Assembly: GCA_964504205.1 (NCBI GenBank)
Contig: CAZDDE010000018.1
Location: 1 to 16,032, forward strand
DNA: 16,032 nucleotides
Source: an uncultured Candidatus Saccharibacteria bacterium
GTDB lineage: Bacteria; Patescibacteriota; Minisyncoccia; Spechtbacterales; HO2-43-30
Direction: 5' to 3'
The stretch's first letter is position 1; each line of letters begins with the position of its first letter. A program made the translations under genes and the position numbers. The notes beneath the pieces are model-generated. The model saw only the letters and a program-made list of their open reading frames with translations, made no database searches and was not told where the DNA came from. Positions 8,285 to 15,525 of this stretch are shown in pieces.

Positions 8285-8464
8285 AGAGCACCAAGATTAA
8301 CTCTCGCAGATAAGTCCGATAGGAATCGGACCTCCGCAAGGAGGTTTGACTTAAAAGGTCTTGCTATTAAAAGCTAATAGAATCGGCCATCTCTGCGGTT
8401 GCAGAGCGCGGCGATCGTTCCCGACCTAAAAGCTCCTAGATTAAGTGCTCTGATGCTCTTTTTT
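8285..8464. ncRNA. Candidate multi-hairpin structured RNA, class not recognised, strand undetermined
   Basis: Closing stem agagcac (8285-8291)/gtgctct (8445-8451), alternative aaaaaagagca (8280-8290)/tgctctttttt (8454-8464); internal hairpins tccgataggaatcgga, cctccgcaaggagg, ctattaaaagctaatag, ctctgcggttgcagag; long-range aggtc/gacct. Confidence 0.55.
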
Positions 8465-8465
8465 A

Positions 8466-8489
8466 TCCCTCCGATTTGAATCAGAGGGA
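8466..8489. other. Hairpin downstream of the candidate RNA
   Basis: TCCCTC c GAT ttga ATC a GAGGGA. Confidence 0.5.
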
Positions 8490-8689
8490 AATATGGGGGG
8501 GATGAAAGAACTTCTTATCTCTATGCTAATCCGAGCCCAAAACCATGTCAAGTATTTTATATTTCTTAAATGAAACATAGTGTTGCATTTGTATTTACGA
8601 CTATTTCATATTGACCACACCAAGTTTCACAAAATATACAACGTGTTGCTAATTGAACAAATACGGCTTTATAGAGCCATACAAAGTAC

Positions 8690-8698
8690 TGTGGATAA
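8690..8698 (-). promoter_or_regulatory. Perfect DnaA-box match
   Basis: tgtggataa is the reverse complement of TTATCCACA. Confidence 0.6.
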
Positions 8699-8739
8699 CT
8701 AATTCTACATTATCTGTTATTATCTAATAAGAACCACAC

Positions 8740-8757
8740 TATTTCTATACTGAAATA
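8740..8757. promoter_or_regulatory. Candidate operator upstream of the XRE gene
   Basis: Inverted repeat TATTTC-tatact-GAAATA. Confidence 0.35.
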
Positions 8758-8813
8758 ACTTAATGAGTTTATTCTTGCCCAAAAGTGCCTAAAAACCGCA
8801 CTTTTCCCCAAGG

Positions 8814-8822
8814 TTATCCACA
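8814..8822 (+). promoter_or_regulatory. Perfect DnaA-box match immediately before the XRE ATG
   Basis: TTATCCACA, 4 nt upstream of the ATG at 8827. Confidence 0.6.
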
Positions 8823-8826
8823 CCCT

Positions 8827-9195
8827 ATGAGAAACAAAACTCCTCGTGAGATGAAACAGCTTGGCGAGTACTTAAAGCGCATACGGCTTGATCTTGGCTT
8901 ATCCATGCATGAAGTCGCCCGGCGCACCTCGCTCAATCCAAGTTTTATATCTAAACTAGAAAGCGGCGCGGTTTTTCAAACCATCAGCGCACAAGCGCTT
9001 ATTGAGTTTTCAAGATGTTACAGTATGCCGGTCCAAACTATTCTTGAGCGCGCCGGACTTTTGCCGGAAAGCGAAGATGAACTCCCCGGCTTTGGCACCT
9101 ATTTACGCCTCAAATATAAAGCCCCGCAAGTTGCGGCACAGGAAATGGAAATTGCCTGGGAAATTGTGAAAAAAAAATACAGTATCAACAGTTAA
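8827..9195 (+). CDS. XRE-family helix-turn-helix transcriptional regulator
   Basis: LGEYLKRIRLDLGLSMHEVARRTSLNPSFISKLESG HTH_3 pattern; the supplied ORF begins at GTG 8785, the ATG at 8827 is an alternative start. Confidence 0.88.
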   Translation: MRNKTPREMKQLGEYLKRIRLDLGLSMHEVARRTSLNPSFISKLESGAVFQTISAQALIEFSRCYSMPVQTILERAGLLPESEDELPGFGTYLRLKYKAPQVAAQEMEIAWEIVKKKYSINS

Positions 9196-9217
9196 CAGTT
9201 GACAATTGACAATTGAC
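9191..9217 (+). repeat. Short tandem heptanucleotide repeat over the XRE stop codon
   Basis: gttaaca gttgaca attgaca attgac. Confidence 0.8.
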
Positions 9218-9225
9218 GTAGCAAA

Positions 9226-9252
9226 AAAAACGGCTGGAGACCGTTTTTATTT
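9226..9252 (+). terminator. Terminator between convergent XRE and plsY genes, probably bidirectional
   Basis: AAAAACGG ctggaga CCGTTTTT ATTT. Confidence 0.7.
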
Positions 9253-9864
9253 TCTATTGATTATTCCTAATGGCTCCTCTTCCCCCCGCAGGAGCCGTTT
9301 TATATTGTTGCGATGCGTAAAGCAGAGAAACGCGCTAAAACCCAAGCCTATCAGAAACGCCCACGGCGACAGATATGATATGCCCAACCCAATAGGGATG
9401 CCGGGGCACAAGACAGCCAGATTAGTAAAAGACATAATAAATCTTTTCCGCAATTTTTGTTTCAAGAAAACAAATAACCAAATTGTAAGGACCACTGCGA
9501 AAACTTGCCAAGAAGCCAACAGCGCCATTCCTCCTACTATTGTACTGACACTCTTGCCTCCGCCCCTAAAACCAAGAAATACTGGATAGGCATGGCCGAA
9601 TGCGACGGCAAAAAGCACGGCCGCAGAAACCATCCAATTATGGCCGAGGAACAAAGCGGCGCCTACTGCCACTGTTCCTTTGGCCATATCCAGAGCCATG
9701 ACAAGCAAGCCCCACTTTAAGCCCAAAGCCCGCATTATATTTGTACCTCCGCTGGAGCCGCTGCCAACTTTGCCTATCTTAACTCCATGCACCGCGGCAA
9801 GAGTATATCCGAATGGTGCTGAACCGATCAGGTAACCAATCGCTAAAATGCCTATATACTCCAT
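9247..9864 (-). CDS. plsY: Glycerol-3-phosphate acyltransferase PlsY
   Basis: YLIGSAPFGY, GSGSSGGTNIMR, FGHAYPVFLGFRGGGKSVST, FTHRNNIKRLLRGEE; polytopic 205 aa. Confidence 0.9.
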   Translation of the reverse strand: MEYIGILAIGYLIGSAPFGYTLAAVHGVKIGKVGSGSSGGTNIMRALGLKWGLLVMALDMAKGTVAVGAALFLGHNWMVSAAVLFAVAFGHAYPVFLGFRGGGKSVSTIVGGMALLASWQVFAVVLTIWLFVFLKQKLRKRFIMSFTNLAVLCPGIPIGLGISYLSPWAFLIGLGFSAFLCFTHRNNIKRLLRGEEEPLGIINRK

Positions 9865-9867
9865 ACT

Positions 9868-11715
9868 CTAATCACCCCATTCCTCATACCAAGCGACTAA
9901 GAGCGCTGGACCAGTGTGCACGCCAACAACACGATTCAACTCTTCCATAAACAAAACCTCCCATCGTCCGTTGACGGCTTTGAAAACCTCAAACTCATGA
10001 AGCATGAGATAGAGTTTGTGCGCCTCTTCTTTGTCGCCGGCATAAGAAACTGCAAACCTTACCTTGCCGCACGGCTTCTTTTTGCCTTTATAAAATTCTA
10101 CAACTGTTTGCGTAAGCTCTGCCGCAAAGTAAGGAAGAAAGTCAAACCCAGCCTTTCTTATCTCTCCATTCTGCAAAGTCAGCTTTAGGCGAAAACCTAA
10201 TTTTTGGAATAAAGACGCAAACCGCGCTTTGACACTGCCTTGCTTCAGCCGTCCCCCGCGAATAAGGTATTCTATATCCCGTGCCAAGCCAAAAAGCTTA
10301 ATTCTGTGCTTTAGTTCGTTCATAGCGCCCAGAATCTCCAGCATCCCTTTTCTGGCCTGCGCCATTTCCATGGCCTTGTGCACCATCAGCGCCTGCCCGC
10401 AAGATGCCTGTCCGGAGTCAAAAACCAGAACTCTTTTTTGCATCTCTTCGTTCAACTCCGCGACAGACTGTAAAGCGCTGTTGTATGAGCCGGAAAGTTT
10501 GGACGAAATCGTTATCACAAATACTTCTTCGGCAATTTTCAGGGCTTTTTCTTCTATTCTCTCGCGAAATGCCTCCGGCGGAGGTTGTGCGGTTATCGGG
10601 TTAGTTTTTGCCCGCAAAATCTTGGAATAAATATCGCCCTCCATTTCGGCGCCCTCCGGAAAATCGAGCTCAAAAGGCACGGAATACACGCCATCTTTCA
10701 TTATATTCCATGGCAGTTCCACGCCATCTGTTACGATCCACACTTTCTTTTTTTTACCGCGCAACGCCTGAATTTCAAGACGCATATCAACAACCAGAAC
10801 ATCAAAGACGTCGCCGTATCTTTCAGCATAGCGCTGGACTTTCTCAACGTTATTGGTGTGCACATGCACCCGCCCCTGACTTAAATCATCCAGCCAGAAA
10901 AAGTCCTGCCGCACGCCAAGGTCAGCAAAGCCATTTTCAAACTCCTTACGCCTCGCGCGCTTATGAAGCTCAACGATGGCCTGAACTTCGTAGGGATAGT
11001 TTTGCAGTTCAGGGTCATTCGCATCAATATCGTCAACAAAAGATTCGACCCGTCCATGCAAGATATCCTCGACTAGTTCGGGCATCTTATCGCTAAAGAA
11101 ACCGTCGCGCAGACCGGCCAGCATCACCACAAAACCCATTGCTCCGGCATCAACCACATTCGCGTTTTTAAGGATGGCCATGCGCTCTTTGGTTTTGGGC
11201 AATTCCTCTGCGGCGCCTGAAACGGCCGCATCAAAAGTACCTAGTAAATCCTCGCTAGGTACAAGTTGAGCTGACATATACGCGGCTTTGATCACATCAA
11301 GCATCGTGCCCTCCACTGGGTTCTGCACAGATCGAAAAGCCGCCGCCATTCCCGCATCAAATGCCCTAAGCAGTGTCCCCGCGGAACAAGTCTCGCTATT
11401 GAAAATTTCCTTAAAAAATTTCTGAAGATAAGCCGCAGAGATTACTCCGGCGTTGCCTTGCGCTGAACGCAAAAGACCTTTTTCAAAATCCGCATAAAAG
11501 CTCACGATGCTCTTTTCGTCATTGCCATAGCTTTTGCTTTTGACGCGTCGAAACGCTCCTCTTAATCCAGAGAGCATATTATTCCCGGTGTCTTTATCTT
11601 TTACCGGAAAAACATTGATTGCGTTTATCTCGCCGCGCTTCTCGGCGAGATACTTCAACGCCCAAGCCAACATGCGCTTGCCAATTTCAGGTGTAATTTT
11701 TATTGCGTCGCTCAT
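9868..11715 (-). CDS. DAK2-domain / DegV-domain fusion (FakA-FakB-like fatty acid kinase)
   Basis: N-terminal INAINVFPVKDKDTGNNMLSGLRG (DAK2 metal/nucleotide motif) and NVVDAGAMGF; C-terminal VWIVTDGVELP, ISSKLSGSYNSA, VFDSGQASCGQALMV, DIEYLIRGGRLKQG (DegV). Confidence 0.88.
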   Translation of the reverse strand: MSDAIKITPEIGKRMLAWALKYLAEKRGEINAINVFPVKDKDTGNNMLSGLRGAFRRVKSKSYGNDEKSIVSFYADFEKGLLRSAQGNAGVISAAYLQKFFKEIFNSETCSAGTLLRAFDAGMAAAFRSVQNPVEGTMLDVIKAAYMSAQLVPSEDLLGTFDAAVSGAAEELPKTKERMAILKNANVVDAGAMGFVVMLAGLRDGFFSDKMPELVEDILHGRVESFVDDIDANDPELQNYPYEVQAIVELHKRARRKEFENGFADLGVRQDFFWLDDLSQGRVHVHTNNVEKVQRYAERYGDVFDVLVVDMRLEIQALRGKKKKVWIVTDGVELPWNIMKDGVYSVPFELDFPEGAEMEGDIYSKILRAKTNPITAQPPPEAFRERIEEKALKIAEEVFVITISSKLSGSYNSALQSVAELNEEMQKRVLVFDSGQASCGQALMVHKAMEMAQARKGMLEILGAMNELKHRIKLFGLARDIEYLIRGGRLKQGSVKARFASLFQKLGFRLKLTLQNGEIRKAGFDFLPYFAAELTQTVVEFYKGKKKPCGKVRFAVSYAGDKEEAHKLYLMLHEFEVFKAVNGRWEVLFMEELNRVVGVHTGPALLVAWYEEWGD

Positions 11716-11731
11716 AGTCTTTCACTCCTCA

Positions 11732-11777
11732 TTTTATCAAAAAACTATGCTTTTATTAGCATAGTTTTTTGATAAAA
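11732..11777 (-). terminator. Strong hairpin terminator after the lysyl oxidase-like gene
   Basis: 19-bp perfect arms ttttatcaaaaaactatgc / gcatagttttttgataaaa, 8-nt loop. Confidence 0.8.
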
Positions 11778-11790
11778 ACAATCTCTCATT

Positions 11791-13239
11791 CTATTTTAAT
11801 TTGTAGCTCGCAAAATCCGCTTTGTTAATAGTCTGCACTTCATCTTTACTGAAATTGAAGTCATTTTTGTAAAACGCGTCAATGTAGCTTATCTGCTGGA
11901 GAGTATCGCCGCTTATATAATAAAAGGATCCTTCGCCATCCACACGCACGAGGCGGGAATTTTTGTAATCGGCAAATTCTTTAAAGCTAATATCGGCAAC
12001 ATCATCCCAGCTTAAATTATAGCTTGAAAAAATCTCGGAGTTGCGGATATGTCGTATGTATCCGGCGTCGTTTAGCGCATAAACTTTGCCGCTGTAACTC
12101 ACAAGATTGTTGTATGGAATCAAATCAATGATACTTTGCGGCAAAATATATATGTCGCTTGCCTGCCCCGTCGCTTGCGGGGCCCCGCCGCGCAACCAGC
12201 GTTTTTTATTGTTGTGTATGTAATAAACTTTTTTATCTTCTTCGGATTGAATAAGCATGCCATTCGGGAAAGTGCTTGCCGCTTCAAACGCCGCAGTCCT
12301 TGCAACAATTTCCATTTTTTTATTCGCCGGATCAAGATTCAAGATAGCGAAACTTTTGTTGTTATCGGTTCTTAATTCCACGAAACGGTTGCGCGGATTA
12401 GCAACAAAGATTAAACTGTACTGTCCCGCCGGCAAATCCGTGATATCAAAATTTTGGCCGGCGATGTCGTACTCATAATCGTCGGCCCAACCGACCGACA
12501 GCCCCTGCCGATCCTTTGAACATTTTGGAAACTCCGGCTTCTTGGGGGCTCCGGGAAGGCCAAGGTTTATCTTCATTTCATCAAGAACGCAATACGATAC
12601 CTTTTCCTTCATTGTGGGAAGCTCTTCGGATCCATTTTCGTTAAGACGCGCCAAGATATAGTCCGCGAAATCGCTGTAATGATAATGATTATGCCCCTTC
12701 GCGTCGTGCCATTGGAAATTGCCGACTAATTTATCCCGGTATTCGCCATTTTCACGATAAATCCTATTGAAGACATCTGTACGTTCCTCCCCATCTATAA
12801 TTGAAGTCTTGCCAGGAAGAAGCTCGAGGGCGCCACGGCCCAGATTCCAAAAAGTTGTACTAAACATCAGCAGCAAACGCCCTTTGCTCTCTTTAAGATG
12901 CAGTTCGCGCGCGGGAAACACAACAAGATCAGGCAGTTTTTCTTCTTCTCCAGTCAAGATAACCGTTGAGCTTGCAGTTACTTTTTCCCCTTCGGCATAC
13001 CCTCCTAGTTTGCTTTTGGGCACAGTTTGCACTTCCTTCCATGGCAGAGCGTGCACCTTGAAAAGCTCTGGCGAATCAACCCAGTGCCGCTTACCGCCCT
13101 CGACATAATATACTTTGTAATCGCCTTCGGCGCGGATGAGAGATGCCGCAAGGTAAGAGATAAGTTTATCCTCAAGCGAAGTAATCGCAAAGATGTAGCT
13201 TGCTAGTAAAGTTATTACTAGAGCGAGAAGAGAACGCAT
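11791..13239 (-). CDS. Secreted lysyl-oxidase-like protein flanked by GKRxW-type repeats
   Basis: NFQWHDAKGHNHYHYSDFADY copper-site motif, EKVSYCVLD, LSVGWADDYEYDIAGQNFDITDLPAGQYSLIFVANP; repeat units KVYYVEGGKRHWVDSPELF, KVYYIHNNKKRWLRGG, KVYALNDAGYIRHIRNSEIF; N-terminal signal/anchor. Confidence 0.85.
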   Translation of the reverse strand: MRSLLALVITLLASYIFAITSLEDKLISYLAASLIRAEGDYKVYYVEGGKRHWVDSPELFKVHALPWKEVQTVPKSKLGGYAEGEKVTASSTVILTGEEEKLPDLVVFPARELHLKESKGRLLLMFSTTFWNLGRGALELLPGKTSIIDGEERTDVFNRIYRENGEYRDKLVGNFQWHDAKGHNHYHYSDFADYILARLNENGSEELPTMKEKVSYCVLDEMKINLGLPGAPKKPEFPKCSKDRQGLSVGWADDYEYDIAGQNFDITDLPAGQYSLIFVANPRNRFVELRTDNNKSFAILNLDPANKKMEIVARTAAFEAASTFPNGMLIQSEEDKKVYYIHNNKKRWLRGGAPQATGQASDIYILPQSIIDLIPYNNLVSYSGKVYALNDAGYIRHIRNSEIFSSYNLSWDDVADISFKEFADYKNSRLVRVDGEGSFYYISGDTLQQISYIDAFYKNDFNFSKDEVQTINKADFASYKLK

Positions 13240-14618
13240 TAGAGTTTAGAGACGATATAAATTATTCCGGTTTTATCATCGGAAATATACAATTCTCCAG
13301 CCGGACCAAAGATAACATCAACTGGTCGGCCAAGTTTATCGCCGTTTGAAGCGAGCCATCCAGTGATAAAATCTTCCTCGCCAATTATGCTGTTCCCGGA
13401 AACATTCATCCGCACAATTTTGTAACCAGTTGGCACGGTTCGGTTCCAGGACCCGCGATACGCCACAAAAAGATCGCCTTGCCACGCACTTGGCAGTTGC
13501 GGACTATTGATAAACCGCAGGCCGATTGTCGCAGAATGCGCCTGGATATCATATAAACTTGAGGTTGTTGTTTCACAAAAAGTGGCGTCGTTGAAAGCAG
13601 GATCGGTCATTTTCTTGCCATAACATTTTGGCCAGCCGTAATTTTTGCCTTCACGGATAATATTTATTTCATCCGGCGGCAGGTTATCGCCGAGGTAATC
13701 ACGACCGTTATCAGTGCCCCATATTTCTCCAGTTGTTGGCTGAAAAACAAAGCCGACGGTATTGCGAAGTCCTGTAGCAAACACCCTATAGCCGGTGCCA
13801 TCGGGATTATATTCTAAAATCGCGGCACGACGGCTGTCTGATTCTGCACAAGTATTACAGGAAGACCCTACAGAAATATACATTTTTCCGCTCGGCGAAA
13901 AACCGATCGTGCGTGAAAGATGACTATCGTCGCCGCCGGCAGGCAAGTCATTTACTATAACCTCTCCCGCGCCGATGCCCGCGTTGCCAAGATAGGGATA
14001 GCGCGTGACCTTATCCTCTGAAACGATATACAAATAACTACTATAAAAAGCGATGCCGTGCGGCAAATCGTTCAGTCCCGAGAGTATCGTCTTTACTTCA
14101 TCTGTCTTGCCGTCTTTATTATTATCGGGCAAAGCGTAAACTTTTCCCCCGCCCTTGCCGCCGTAAAGCCCTTTCGTACTTGGCATCGTTACAAACAGAA
14201 TGTTATCTGGAGAAAACGCCATAAATCTTACCGGCCCTAAAGAACTTTGGTTAAAATTCCCAATCTTGAAGCCATCAGGCAACGCAAGCGGCAAGCCGGT
14301 TCCGTTGATCAATTTTGATGTTATGGGAGTAGACTGCGGTTTGGGGGTAACCGTTGGTGTCGGAGTGAAAGTTTGCGCAGAAGTTGGCTTTGGCTGTTTG
14401 GCTAATTGCCCGGACGCCGCAGGCTCTTTGGACGTTTCGCTCGCCGGCGTTTCAGCAACTTCTCTCGTTCGCACTTTCACATCACCGCTTGAAACAACCA
14501 TCTCTTGCTCCATCTTCTGCCAAGATATAAGCATAAGTCCCGCCGCGGCAATGGCGATTGAAAAAATAACAATTATCCCCTTTATAAATGCGAAATTGAT
14601 GGACGATTTTGAAAGCAT
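13239..14618 (-). CDS. PQQ-dependent sugar (glucose/sorbosone) dehydrogenase-like, N-terminal membrane anchor
   Basis: LPHGIAFY, GLRNTVGFVFQPTTGEIWGTDNGRDYLGDNLPPDEINII, EGKNYGWPKCYGK; N-terminal IIVIFSIAIAAAGLMLI; TAATG overlap with the downstream gene. Confidence 0.9.
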   Translation of the reverse strand: MLSKSSINFAFIKGIIVIFSIAIAAAGLMLISWQKMEQEMVVSSGDVKVRTREVAETPASETSKEPAASGQLAKQPKPTSAQTFTPTPTVTPKPQSTPITSKLINGTGLPLALPDGFKIGNFNQSSLGPVRFMAFSPDNILFVTMPSTKGLYGGKGGGKVYALPDNNKDGKTDEVKTILSGLNDLPHGIAFYSSYLYIVSEDKVTRYPYLGNAGIGAGEVIVNDLPAGGDDSHLSRTIGFSPSGKMYISVGSSCNTCAESDSRRAAILEYNPDGTGYRVFATGLRNTVGFVFQPTTGEIWGTDNGRDYLGDNLPPDEINIIREGKNYGWPKCYGKKMTDPAFNDATFCETTTSSLYDIQAHSATIGLRFINSPQLPSAWQGDLFVAYRGSWNRTVPTGYKIVRMNVSGNSIIGEEDFITGWLASNGDKLGRPVDVIFGPAGELYISDDKTGIIYIVSKL

Positions 14619-14624
14619 ACTTTT

Positions 14625-14652
14625 ATTATATCACAAGTGTATAACAAGCCAA
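14625..14652 (-). promoter_or_regulatory. sigma70-type promoter of the PQQ dehydrogenase-lysyl oxidase operon
   Basis: Minus strand TTGGCT (14652-14647), 16-nt spacer, TATAAT (14630-14625), then 6 nt to the ATG. Confidence 0.6.
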
Positions 14653-14778
14653 CAAAACAAAAAATCACCATCTCTGGTGTTTCTCGCTTCCCAACTCCTA
14701 TGATTAAAAAATTTCCTTCCCCCAAAATTAAAATATGGTTCGAGCCGATGTTTTTCTCCGGGTTCTTTTGCGGTTTTG

Positions 14779-14831
14779 GCCTCGCAAAGCGAGGCGACAA
14801 TTTTCTCCCTTCGGGAGATCTACCGAAGGTA
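14779..14831. repeat. Cluster of three small hairpins in intergenic DNA
   Basis: GCCTCGC-aaa-GCGAGGC, TCTCCC-ttc-GGGAGA, TACC-gaa-GGTA. Confidence 0.7.
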
Positions 14832-14865
14832 CGACAAGTTTTTTTCTGGCGGCAAATTCTTTTAC

Positions 14866-14896
14866 AAAAAAGGGGCTTAAGTTTCCTTAATGCCCC
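14866..14896 (-). terminator. Rho-independent terminator of the 14935-15462 gene
   Basis: Minus strand GGGGC a TTAAG gaaa CTTAA GCCCC TTTTTT. Confidence 0.8.
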
Positions 14897-14934
14897 ATAG
14901 GGAATAACCCTTTCGTTTAACTGTAATGAACTAC

Positions 14935-15462
14935 TTAGATGTCCAAGTCGTCATCTTCGAAAGGATCCTTGAAAAGAGCTTCCTTAACCTCTCCTGGTAC
15001 AATCCGACTACCGTCGCTTCTGAAAAAGCCTCTGTCTTTATCGAATTTCTTGGTTGCCTCGATGTCTTGGAGAAACTCGGTAAGAGTTTGCGATCCAATA
15101 AATCCGAAGTCATCACCGTTCCAACCTGGCAAGCTTGCGAAAATTCCTCGCGTGACATTGAGATCTGAATTAGAGTCTACGGCCACTCGCATCAAGCCTT
15201 TTCCAGGATGATTCCATACCGTATATCTGTCTCTTCTTTTTGACACATCGCATAGAGCCGTCTCGATATAAGCGAAAGCCCAGAATATTTCATCGAGTTC
15301 TTTCTTCGACGCTTCCTTTGATCTGAGAAGATACGTATCTTCGAGTCCAGGATAGGTGGTATCGAGCTGAAGAAGGAACTCTACGCCCGATACGACGAAA
15401 TGGACGTCTTGATCGAGTCGAGGATTTTCCTTACGATTCTCTTCGGTTTCTGTTCTACTCAT
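14935..15462 (-). CDS. Hypothetical protein with acidic C-terminus
   Basis: 175-aa ORF, C-terminus DPFEDDDLDI, followed by a well-formed terminator. Confidence 0.65.
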   Translation of the reverse strand: MSRTETEENRKENPRLDQDVHFVVSGVEFLLQLDTTYPGLEDTYLLRSKEASKKELDEIFWAFAYIETALCDVSKRRDRYTVWNHPGKGLMRVAVDSNSDLNVTRGIFASLPGWNGDDFGFIGSQTLTEFLQDIEATKKFDKDRGFFRSDGSRIVPGEVKEALFKDPFEDDDLDI

Positions 15463-15525
15463 TCTTATCGCCTCCTTTTTGATTGTACTATTAACTTAGC
15501 ATACTAATCTGAATCTGTCAAGATA

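Noticed and set aside
8285-8464. Identification as tmRNA, RNase P RNA, SRP RNA, 6S RNA or a common riboswitch
   Set aside because: No tmRNA CCA/T-loop end, no RNase P core motifs, no SRP GGAA-tetraloop helix, no clear 6S central bubble; size and hairpin order do not fit classes I know. A formal Rfam search could still overturn this.
7344-9195. Fic plus XRE as a toxin-antitoxin pair
   Set aside because: The genes are oriented divergently and separated by about 700 nt, and the Fic protein already carries an internal inhibitory motif.
9272-9300. GGCTCCT...AGGAGCC hairpin followed by TTTT as a second + strand terminator
   Set aside because: It lies inside the plsY 3' coding region and a better terminator at 9226-9252 already follows the XRE gene; it could be a backup but is weakly supported.
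9206-9589. 127-aa + strand ORF
   Set aside because: Antisense to plsY over nearly its whole length, with no recognisable motif; plsY has clear family signatures.
10229-11096. Overlapping + strand ORFs of 133, 99 and 162 aa
   Set aside because: All antisense to the strongly supported DAK2-DegV fusion; low-complexity shadow translations.
12120-13190. ORFs at 12120-12335 (-) and 12136-12375, 12257-12478, 12767-13108, 13005-13190 (+)
   Set aside because: Shadow ORFs within the lysyl-oxidase-like gene; no domain evidence.
14582-14900. 72-aa minus and 87-aa plus ORFs in the 14.6-14.9 kb region
   Set aside because: Hydrophobic/basic translations of hairpin-rich intergenic DNA that overlap promoter and terminator signals.
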